Assembly: GCA_030698625.1 (NCBI GenBank)
Contig: JAUYMS010000048.1
Coordinates: 21,879-85,878 of the forward strand
Direction: 5' to 3'
Length of the DNA stretch: 64,000 nt
Source: Candidatus Omnitrophota bacterium
Lineage (GTDB): Bacteria > Omnitrophota > Omnitrophia > Omnitrophales > Aquincolibacteriaceae
The notes under the pieces were generated by a model that worked only from the letters and a program-made list of their open reading frames with translations, ran no database searches and was not told the origin of the DNA. Positions 34,401 through 46,400 of the stretch are shown piece after piece. Each line of letters opens with the position of its first letter. Within the stretch, counting starts at the first letter, position 1. A program made the translations under genes and the position numbers.

Positions 34401-37400
34401 GAACAACAGATTCAGCGCGGCATTGCGGATGCCGCCGAGCAATTGCTGCAAAGCAAGGACGTTTACGTCAAGGGCGCCGCGGCGAGTCTGCTGCTTGAAG
34501 TCTACGTGGCGGGCCGCATCGAGAATCTCAAGCAGTTTGATCGTAAAGCGCATCGGTTCGTTTCGCTCGGCGATCCCGCCGAAAAATACCGCAAGCAACT
34601 GGAAACGGCCCTGGCAATCGACGCGAAGGCCCTCGACATTGCGGTGACTGCGTTGGAGCAGGCGATCAAGGCATTAAAAGATGAGATCGCGAAGCTTCAA
34701 CCTCTCGTAAAGGCGGCAGACGATGAGCTAAAAGCGCTTGAAGTTGCCAGATCAACCGCCGAGAAAGCTATGGGAGATGCGAGGCAAAAAATCACGGCGG
34801 AACAGTATAAGCTTCGCCCCAAATACCTGTCGCGGTCAGGGGCCGCCGTCGGTTTGATCGCCCGTCTTGCCGAGGCGGAAAAAGATCTGACGACGAAGGA
34901 GAAGCGTGACGCGGCGATAAAAATCAGGGAAGAAATCGCTGTCGTCGAAGCGGCCATCCGTCAGCTCGATAAGGCGGTGGGTGCGGAGCAGACTAAGTGG
35001 TCCGCCGCGGACAAGGCGGTTCCCACGGCCCGCGGCAAAGCGATGCGGGTGAGTGGGCAGCTTACGCTGCGTCAGAAACCACTCAAGGCATTGGAAGATG
35101 CGCTCGGTCCGATTCGAGTCGCGCAAGAGGCCGCGGCAGCATCGCGCTCTGAATTGAGAATATTAGAAAGAGTAAAAGAAAGAACTCGGAAGATTGTCAG
35201 CGGAATCAAGTCCTACTCCGCTGCGTTCACGTATTACACGCAGGGAATAAGGCGCCGTCTCGACTTTGCCCGGGAGGTCGCATGGGCTGTTCTCAAGACC
35301 CGCCCCGCGATATTTATCGTTGCAGTGAGTCTTTACCTAGGTCTCTTTATGTGGGGCCGAGAGGCATTGCATGAACGTTATGTTCGGCCCAAGGTTGAAG
35401 TGGTCCGTTTTGATGAGCAGGGCCCGAATATCAGCCGCATCAGAATCGTCGACAACTCGATGAACCAAGCCCTGACTGCAACCGAGGAACGCCCCGAGCT
35501 CCCGTTTGCCGTCGTCCGCGCCCTTCGGACCATGGGGGCGACCGATGCGATAAGGCTTTCGCAGGTCAAGCAGATCGGCGCCACCGACTATCGCGAGCTT
35601 GACGACGGTAATCATGCCGTCACCATTAGTGCCGAGGCCCACGATCCCAATATGGTGCATCCGCCTCTGCATGATGTGACGGTTGTGTTGGAAGGCCCGG
35701 ACGAAGTCCCCAATGCCCAAGACGTGACGAATGTCCAGACGATGCTGATGGGCGAGCCGATTAAAGGCAAACTCGATTTGCAAAAGCACTTTGCCGACCT
35801 CTTCTATTTTGTGGTGGCAGGATTCGTCCCCATTCTCATTTACGTATTCGTAAGAAACGTCAAAATTGTTGCCGCAATGCCTTCAAGCATAAGAAAGAAG
35901 ACGAGGCGGAGGGTCAAGCCGAAAGAAGGCGCCGAGGATAAGCCTGCCGGCGAGGGCCAGCGACGCGACGCCGATGACCGCAAGCCCGGGGATCGCCCGG
36001 ACCGAGGCCGGCGCGACCGCTCGGAACTGCGTGAGGATGAGGGGAAAATTGTAATTGAAATTGATTTTCCGGCGAACCGCAATATCGATGACTTTCTCCT
36101 GGAGCGATTGCCTGCGATGTTACGGCAGAAGGGGCTTTATGAAACCGATGCTCTGGAGTTTGCAAGTGGTACGCTTGAGGTCGATGGGCAGACGCGCACG
36201 ATCGGTGTCAACAATATTAGCGTTCGGTACGACAAACCGGGGAAGGTTAAGCTTGTCTATAATGCGGAGCTTGCCGAAGAGCTTCGCCCCCTCAGTAACT
36301 TGAAGTATGAGGCATCCGATGCGGTAAGTGCCGCGGTTAAAAAACTTCTGTACTCTTCATATCGGCGATCGATGTTTGTTGCGGATCAAAAGTTGAACCC
36401 GTATCTCGACGTGGGTTCGGTGATTTATTTTAAGGACCCGGTCCCGGGCCTTCCGCCGGTCGTGGCCTTTGTCGGTGCAGGGAAGCAGGACGTCACTGTG
36501 GGCGAGGAGAAAGAGACGCGAAGCACAATTATCGTGAAATCTCTCTTTGCTGACGGCAAGCAATACGCGATTCCCGTCAGTAGTCTTGGCAAAGTCAGAG
36601 GCTTGGTCGATCGCATCCAAAACGATGAAGTGGAAATGGTGATTCCGAAGTCACGGATTGAGGCTGCGGTCGGACGCTATTTTATTCCAACCATTACGAA
36701 TGAGATGGCTAATCTGATTGAGAGATCGCATGCGACTTTCAAAGATCTGGCTGAGAACGTGCGTGTCAGGTTGCGTCTTTCTCCGCAAGGACAGATGCAC
36801 TTTCACCTGAGTGCTTTCGAAGAGGATTTTGATGCGCTGGCCGAGGATGGCTTTGTCCTGAGCGGTGACACCATTGCAAGCGCTGACCTCTATCTCGACA
36901 AGACGCGGCCGTCCCTGCGCGATCTCTATAAAGTGCTCACTTGGGATCTTCCCGCGAAGGCAAACAAACGGGAGGAGCGACTGCAGGAAATCAACGACGG
37001 CGCAGGATTCGGCGCTATCATTAGTGGTCTCGTCGAGTATCAAGACTCAGAAAATATGCTGTATCTTATTAGCCCGCCTGAGTTCGAAAAAGGCAAGCTG
37101 AAGCTTGGCGAGGATGCGCGCCAGATTGTTTGGACGGCCGGTTCCGAAGATGGGCTGCTTTTCGACGAATCTTTCGTTAAAGACGGCAAGCTTTCTCTGA
37201 AGTGGAATGCCCTCGACGGACAGGCGTGGTTTGTTGCCGTCATGCGGCCTACCCTTGATGTGAGTGACCGGAAACTGGTGATTCGCTTTGATCCGAAGAA
37301 GTTGGCGGAGCTCCCCGAGACGATTCATTTAGAACTCAAGAATCCGTCCGGGACCTCCATTCAACACGTTGAGTTGACCAAGGAAAGTCTTCAAGCGGCA

Positions 37401-40400
37401 AGGGGTGTTGCCAATGTCGCCCTTTATGCGGACTTCGGTTTCTTGGCTGAAGTGGCAGTAACCGTCAATCGCGAAGGGGCCGCCCTTGAAAAGGGCAGTG
37501 TCGTGATCGAGAGTATGTACACGCTGGAGCGTACGGACAAAGACCCGCCGGCAGGTAAGGCACCGTTTACGGTTGAGGAGACGACAACAAAGGGTCTGCA
37601 TGTTCGCTGGGAGGCGGCCGGTTTCTTTGACATGAAGGCAGCAAAAAAGCCTCCGCTCGATCTCCATCCCGATCTTTTAGCGAATTCCCGTTTGGGTAAG
37701 ACCTACAATGACTACCGAGTACTCGGCATAACGGGCGTAGATAAAAACGAATGGGCCCTTTCCGATGTGAAACAATTGAAGATCACCCTGAGCGGCGACA
37801 AGATTCCACAAGGGTTTTATCTTGTGGTTGCCAATACAGACCAGCCGGACGGGGTCGAATATAAGGGCCTTATCCGCCTCGCGATGCCCCAATCGATCGT
37901 GGGACAGAAGCTGGCCAAACCGACGACGCTTACCGTCGATTTTACCGCAAAGGGCCCGAAGCTCTTCCGGGACATTACGCCCGCGCGGGCGAATGCGCCG
38001 ATCGAAGCGCGCACGGTTGAGAACTTCGGTAAAGTGGGATGGGTGGCACTTCTTTTTAAGCCGGGGGACTTCGCCAAAGACCTGAAGCCCGAGGAGCACG
38101 TCGCCGACTTCAATGTTCACAGCATCGAAGTCGTGCGTTCGGAGCTGCGTAATTTAGAGAGGTTAAAGACAGAGGCAAAGGCCCTGCTCGAGCGCGCCAA
38201 GCCCTTCTACAACGAAAAGCTTGACGCAGCTATTGCCGAAATAGAGGCTGAGAATTTTACGCGTGCGAGCGACATTGTTGTTGAGGTCATTGGAATTGCA
38301 ATCGATAGGCATAACATGAAGCCCACGAGTGCCTTTGTGACGAGTCTGTGGAAGGTCCACTCCACACTCGAGCAAGCGGCGGATCTCAAGCGTTCGGAAC
38401 TACGGGTTGAATTAGCGGCGGATGAGGTGGCGACGGCCAACGGGTTGATCCGCCATCTTTCACCCAAGACGCCTCAGGCGGAGATTCCTAAGGATCACGT
38501 GCTTGTTGTGCTCGGTAATCCGCATGCGGATTATCCGGACTATGTGGCTGAGTTAGCGGAATATCTCGGCCCCACTAAGATTGTGATTGTCGGTAAAGGT
38601 GTCCGTGACGGCGAGGTCCCGGAGTGGAGAAGGATTCGCGACCGCATCGTAGACCTCAAGCCGGCGCTCGCCTCTAAGATCCTCGTGGATGAAAACGACG
38701 CCTCGATGCATACGGGTATGAATGTCACAACCGTTGCGAAGATCCTAAAAGACAACGGCATTACGAATCCTAATCTTGTGCTAACCCAAATTCCGACCGG
38801 TGTCCTGCTCTCGCGGCGTATCTTTGAAAAGCAGTGGGCCGAAAATGCGGCCCGAGCGGGCCTGAACCTGACCCCGAACTTTTTGACCTATGCGGTGGAC
38901 CGGAATTTCCGTCTCGCCGCTAACAAACCGTTAAGCAAACGTGCAGTATTCGCGGTGGAACATGCCCTGGGCCAAGTCGAACGTCTGCGCGACTGGCCGG
39001 CAAATGAAAACCCGCCTCTTGATGCGGTTGAAGGTGATGTCACGCCTGAAATTCTCAGTGCTTACGGCAGTCTGCAACGTGCACTCAAGCGCTCGGAGCT
39101 GCGTGATCTGGAACCCACGCGCGTTCTCGTCGCCGATGAACCGCAGGGCGGCGACATTGAGCCGCTGCGTGAAGTCGTGAATTTTTTTGCGGGAGACGCG
39201 GTTCTCATCGAAGGTGAAATCGAGGGCACCAGCAAGGTAGGTATCGGTGCTGATCACGATAAACTCAGAAAAGTTATTGAACAAGATAAGCCGGACGTCA
39301 TCCTGATTCGCTCCGGCGTTAAGAAAATCTTCAAGGACCCGGATTTCTTAGAATTCGCCGCGGCTAATGGCGTGCGCGCTATCATCCGCATGGGTGCGGG
39401 TATCGATAACGTTGATGATGTGATGGCCGCGGAACTCGGCATCGCTGTGATTCGTACGCATGGCAATGCAAACTCCGTGGCAAACGGGTTTTTGCGTCAG
39501 TTGCTTGCCGGTCTTGAGGCTGAAGACGGGCGGCTTGGCGAAAGCAGTGGGCCGGATCTGAGCGCCTCAGACCTCGGAGACATTTTTGACATTGATATTG
39601 ATGAGCTCGTCGCGGCAGAGGCCGAGGCCTCGAAGAATGCCGCCCGCGGTAAGACGCATCCGGATCAGGCAGGAAAAGTCTTCCACTCCATCTCCGCTGT
39701 GCGGGCCCGCGAACTACTTCAGAAGTTGGAGGGCCGTACCATCGGCCTCATGGGATTTCGTGCCGTGGCCTGGGCCGTGGCCGAAAAACTTAACGAAATC
39801 CGTACTCGCTTGAATATTGATTTTAAGATTGTCGCAACCTCTCCGACCCTCGATGGCAAGAATAAGAAAAAGGCGGCCGAGACCGCGGTCTTGCGTGAGG
39901 TCGCCGCTAAGTTTGGGGTGGAATATCCGGGCGAGGACGCGGTTTTGGCCGAATCCGATATCCTCTCGCTTCATATGTCCGCGGGTGACGAGCCTTATTT
40001 CACTAAGGAAATCCTCGAGAAAACAAAGGCCACGATTTGGATCAACACGGCAAGACAGGCGCTCATTGATGAAGACGATCCCGCATCGCTTAAGGCATTG
40101 AACAAGGCTTTCTGGGACGAATTTGTGGCGCGAGGGAACTTTTATTTCTCAGATGTGGATGCTCACGCGGCCTTTGAAGCTTTGCTGGCCGAGCATACCG
40201 GTCATCTTTTCCGCTCGCCGCATATCCTCGCCAGCACGGTGAACGCAGGTGAAGGGGTTAAGGCGCTGACGCTGCCCACGCTGAAAACCACGATCGAGCT
40301 GATGCGCGGCCTTGAGCAATCGACGCCTGACTTTGTCCTGGAGAACCTGAACGGTATATCTCTCGCTCCCAAAACCCCCGAGGTGCGCGGTCCTTTTGAT

Positions 40401-43400
40401 CCCGTCCTCGTGCAGAGCGACGGACAGACGACTTTTAGTTGGTCCCACTCGTTCCGAACCCTTGAGGCCTCGGCGATTCTCAATACGATTAACGGGTTAC
40501 CTGAGAAAAGCACGAAGAACGCTCAAGCCATGTCGCAGAAAGAAATGACGACGGTGGTTGAGTTCGACAGCGAACAACATCGCGGCTGGATTATTGATAT
40601 GAAGGTGGTCCGGGATTTCATTGCCGAACATGACCCGATGATTCGCCTCAGCCGCTGGCTCTATCAGATTACGCCGGAAGAAATTATTGTCTACGACTTG
40701 AGCGAGACGGAAATCACCACAAGTGAAGATAAAAATCTCCGCCGCTTTCTTGAAACATTACTTCACGAAATCCTCACGGCGTCGGCGATGCAGATGGCCG
40801 GAGAGAAGTCTGCGCTGACTTATGAGCTCGTACTCAATGCGATTAATAGAGAGCGAAGCGAAGATACGCGTTTCAGCCCTGATACCATTGAGTCCCTGAT
40901 GCGGGGTGAAATGATCTACAGCATTGACCGCAAGACGAGACGGATTGAACCTTCCGCCGGAACCGTTGAGTTAGGCCATCTTCCCGCTGTGTTGGCGATC
41001 CCCACGATGCAGGGTATTTATCTCAAGACGGCCTTTAGCCTGATCCACTCGCTTCACGAACTCGGTATTGACGGCGATAAAGACGACCCGGTCCTGGCGC
41101 TGCCCGATCCGCCGGCGGGACCGCTGCATCCGACGAAGCCGCATTTGGCCGCGGATGATGTCGTCATAAAAGATACGAGGAATCTTACGGCACGTTCCGA
41201 GCTTCGGGCGGCGGGTCTTGAGCGGCAACGCGAAAACAAGAGGCTGGCTACGGCCAAGCTGCTCTATCGTGATGTCTTGAAAGCCAATATCGCGCTCATG
41301 CGTGCCACCTCTGCGAAGTCGAAGGCTGCCGCCGAAAGCGAAGATGATGCCGAGGCAGCCTACCAACAGGTCGCCGCCGATCTCGCCGGTTTGCAAAAGG
41401 ACATTCTCAAGAGATGGGTGACCGCTAAGGACAAAACAGACAAGCCGTGGAAGCAAGAAGCCAAAGACAAGATCAAGCGTGCCCTTGAACTTATCGAAGG
41501 TTCCGGGGAAACGAAAAAGAATCCTATTGCCGCCAATGCCGCTTTGACTGCGGCGGTGACTCGTTTTCACAAAGAGTATGTCAACTTGCTAGCAGCGAAG
41601 TATAACCGGGTGCGGGATTATCAGATAAGCCACAAAGGCCGGTTTTCGTATGATCCGCGGAACCGGCAGTATGTGTTAATTCAGGGGGCCTATAAGATGC
41701 AGCAGGTAGTTGAAGGGCGCGAAGTCTCCATCATTTCTTTTGACGAAAGACGCTTTGATCTGTTGTGGGATGCCTTGGGCTCTCAATATCACACGATCGA
41801 CAGCGAACTAAACAACAATCGTGATACCGGGACGGCCATTGAAACGCTCGGTGAACTTGAGCAAACCCTTACGAGACTTAAACAGGATGAGAGGGATGCC
41901 TCGGCGGCCGCGGATGTTTCACGTCAGCTTACCGGGTTGGAAGAGGCGCTGAATTCGCAGTGGATTGTCGAGAAGGAACTCGCCCAGCTCGGCAGTGAAG
42001 CGGCCGCCTTACAGGTTGATCTCGGCGATTTCGGGCCGGCGCATACGACGGCGACTCAGACGAAGTCCTTGCTTGTGACCCGTCTTGGAGCCGTGAAAGC
42101 GATTATTGATAAAGTTGAAGACGGGCGCCTGCAGGAGATGCGCGATATGCATAAGGGGCGTAACCGAAACTATGACCGCAAGATTGAGAGTATGCAGCAG
42201 ACCCTGAAAAACGCTGTCTGGAGTGACGAGGAGCGTAAGATGGTTGTTGCCGCAGGCAGCCGCGCTTCCGCTTATGTGGCATTGAGTAATCCCGCAGCGG
42301 TGATCATCGACCAATTGAAGGACCGTTCCGAACCTGATCTCGAAGGCCTGAGCGGTCTCCTGCAGGGCGCGAAGCGGTCGCTCAGTGAGATGGAGAAAGC
42401 CTATAGGAGAAGTGATGCTCAGGGAGTTGCTCAGCAAAAGGCGAATGCCGTCAGGTATCTTAAGTTAGCGCGCGATATCGTTGAAGAGTCGGATCGCAAT
42501 GGGCGGTTTATGGTGGATTATCGCACCCGCTTGAAAAAGGAAAGTCTGGCGGGGAAAAGTGAAGAGCAGTTGCGTCAGGCTGCCTTCAACTACGCCCTTG
42601 ACGAATTTAGTGCCCGTGAAGGAATCGGGAAGCAATCCAAACAATTTCCTGCTTGGTGGTATCTTTTTTACCGGAACGCCTTTGTTTCCCGGCGGCCGGA
42701 GGAAAAAGAGGCACGCGAACGCGGTGACGTGAACCCCCGGTTTCAGGCACTGACGACTTTGAAACAGATCCTCAAAGCCGACACCGTGGAAAACACCCTC
42801 AAACTTAGGGCAGTTAAGAAGGATAGCCCGCTGCATACCTTTTTCACACAGGGGAGTATCAGCCCAAAGAAGAGCGTGATGAATCTGGAGGCTGAACAGA
42901 AAACAAAGTTTCTCGAAGCCCTGGCAGAGCAGCATGGAATTCAAAGGGCCGATATTCCGAATGTCCCCGCGGCGTACCGCCCGCGCACCCGCTCCGAGCT
43001 TCGGGAAACCGTGTTGGCGGCCACCGCCTCTATTCAAAGTCTGGATGCGCTGGATCGCTTGCTCGTCCTTGTGGACGGATTCGGAGAATTCTCCGAAGTC
43101 ATTTCCGAAGCGGCCACAGGTACTGAGAAAGAATTAATACAGGCCTTTCGTGCAAACAACCTGGCTGAGGTCAAAGATTCTATAAGTGCCGTGAGCGGTT
43201 GGAAAATCGGTACCCGCAATTCCTGGTTGGGTGTGAGACGTGCTATTCGCAACAGACTTCGCAAACTGATTGAACCCAGGATTGAAAGAACCATCGATAT
43301 CATTAACCAAATTGAGGATGAAGCGGCCTATTACCTTGCAGGGCAGATCTTAATCGGTGCGACTGAATTTGGCGAGTATCCGGAGCTTGAAGGCCTGCGG

Positions 43401-46400
43401 GATTATGATGCTCTTATGGCATTGGAAATGGTTCATCCGGAGATGAAACTTTGGATTTTGGATGAGGCAGTGAAGGTATCGAATGCGCTACAAATAAAGG
43501 CCTTCGAGTTCGAACATAACCACATGATGGCGCGATTCGACGAAACGGAACGGGTGATGCAATCACTTCAAAAAATAAAGGATCGCAAGGCAATGGAACT
43601 GGCGCTTTGGATTGTGATCGGGAAAGTTCCCGAACCTTTGGGCGAGGCCTACGGCAAAGGATTAGGTGTTTTAGAAGAGGCGCTTGGGGTCGAAGGATTG
43701 GACGGGGTCAGAATCCTGTTGCGGCGGCAGAATCGAAACTTCATTCGAAGCGTGATGCAGCTGGCGCTCACTCAAATTTCACAGCGCGAAGAAGCGGCAG
43801 CTTACCGGGCTCAGGTAGAGGCGCTGCCGGATAGCGATCCGATGAAAGCCCTGCTGTTGGAGGCATTTGACGCGCTCGATGCAAATCTGCAAAGATTCCT
43901 AAAGCAGTTGGACCGCTCCGAACTGCGTGCTGACGAAGCCGATAAGGTCGTCATCCACCCGGTGATTCGGGAGCATATTGCAGCGTGGCTGATCGAGTAC
44001 CTTAAGCCCGAGCGGCTGCCGCCGGGACGGGAGTTCAGCGCGGACACGCTGGATGCCGTGATTCTCGAGCCCGACAAGGCACCGGATATCCTCAATGCTG
44101 CAGGAGCACAAATCAAAAAGAAGCATAAAGCTGGTCTGGTTAGCGAGCTCAAGGTGCAGCTGCGTGTGGCCTCGGCCTTTGCTTCTGCCAAAGAAGCGGG
44201 CGTTGTGGACCAGACGACTGCGGAAGATACCCACAGGATGACCGTCATTGCAAAATTTGCTGATCGCACGGAGGCTTCCAGAAAGGACTTTGCGGCGAAA
44301 CTTGCCGTGAGTGTGAAGCAGCAAGTCGAGCAATTGTCCGACAGCCAACTGCTCGCAATTTCGATGGACCTGGAATTACTTCGCGAGCAGGCAGTGCGGG
44401 CAGCCGCGGCCGCTCCCCAGAAACTCCGGTTTCAACCGCCGTTCTTTGTGGCCATGGGCTTTGGCCCCTCAGCTCTCAGGCAGGCCTTTCGCACAAGCCT
44501 GATTCAGCGCGGCGTGAGTACGACCGGCGCAGACGATTTCTTGAATACCCTTGAAGACAAAAAGCATGTGACGCCGGTCTGGGACGCGGCTGATGTTATC
44601 GGCAAGGCGGCTGCACAGGTTACGCTTCCGGGCGGCATTACGGTAAACATTCTGGACGAAAAAGACATTCATCTCATCAACTCTCTGCTAGCGGCCGGCG
44701 GGCGGACCGAACAGCTTCGCGTCTGGCTCGTCAACGGCCGTCTCATTATGGCGCTCTTCGGTGAAGTGACGCATGAAACGCTTGCGCTTGATGAGCTGGA
44801 TGACGACACCCAACTTGGCGTCGGCATTCGCACCTATACGTCATTCACAGCGGCGACGCCGCTCGCCCTGATCGGCGAGGCCACCCGCGATCACGGAACG
44901 CTCGAGATCTACCGGCCGGTGATTCAGTTGAAGGCTTCCGAGCAGAGCCAAACAGTCAAGACCACGCTAGCCAAGGAAAATCCTGAGTTTTTCAAAGCGT
45001 GGACGAATGCCGAACGTGAGAAGTGGTCCGAACAACTCAGTGACCTCGACCGCTTTGCGGCAGACATGGAGGCCATGACCCGTTTCCGCGGTGTTAGCGA
45101 CCTTATCTCCATGATATTCAGCCAGTCGGCAAGCCAGCAGTTCGGTGACCTTGCCGAGATTTTTCAGAAACTGGCGTCGGTTGAAAGCACGGCACAGCAG
45201 CTCCCGTTTATCCCCGACACCCTCTTCGATTTCATCGGGAGATTCGACCCGTTTCAGGGTTTATATGCCAAGGTACACGAACTCGCACTTGCAAGTTCCG
45301 AAGACGCCTATCGCCTGCTGCTTCTGCAGTGGGCCCAGACGAAAAACGAAACCCGGATTACCGTACCCGTGGCCAGGCTGCGGGCAGAGCTGGAACTTGA
45401 GCTTCTCGAAGGGCTCTTGAGTGGCAAGCCGGAGGATCTCGCAGCGAATCTCGAAAAACTTCTGACGACGGATCCTCAGCAGCAACTGTTGAATCTTTTT
45501 GGGGAGCTCAATGAAGCGGCCAAACAGCACAAGGAGGCTCCCGAAGGTTTCCTTGCCGAACTCGAACAGGCGAAAGGGATGCTGAGATCTATATTGAAGT
45601 TGGACGAAGGCCGCCTCGAGCTGCCGGCTGCCGATCGGCCGGTAGAATCTGGTTTGGACGCGCTGCGCGATGAACGCGATCGCATGGGAATGGTAATAAG
45701 GATTGCGGACATTGACGATGCGGCCTTTCCTCTCGGCGAAAAAGTACGCATTGTCTCCGATGTGACAGGCGCTTTTATTCAGGAAGCGCGTTACGATGAC
45801 TCTCTCATTAAAGAATTGATCCTAAATAATCAGGATGCCCGCTATTCGGCGGCCCAAAACGAAGAGGCGCACAGAGTCGTCTCGGACCTCATCTCAAAAA
45901 CGTACAATGAGCAGTTCCGGCCGGCGATCGCCGAGGGGCGCCTTGCGGATGCCGAAAAGGCCTGGGCGCGTTTCGTGCGTCTGACTACCGGCGGCTACAT
46001 CGTTTCGATCACGGCAGATAACCACAAATTCGATTATGTCGTTCCTACGGCAACCGAAGCAGATCTTAACGAACTCGTAAAGGGCCATACCGTAAAATCG
46101 GAATTTTTCCAAGCGCTCATAGACCACAAGGCAAACATCGGTGCGGCCGAGAATGCCCGCACTTCCATTACCTTCGTGACACGCACGGCCGAGCGCTTTA
46201 CCGTAGCCCTTATGCAGCGTGCCGATATTCAACAGGCATTACGTGAAGCCGGAATCGACGAGGTCCGCATTATCGGCACCGTGATCAAAACCGACAAGGA
46301 GGCCCTCGGAATCGACGAATACGATATCGTGCGGGCGCCGGTAGAAAAAGAGGATGTGTACGTATTCCCGAGTCTAGGCGAGACCTATTTCGTGGACGAC

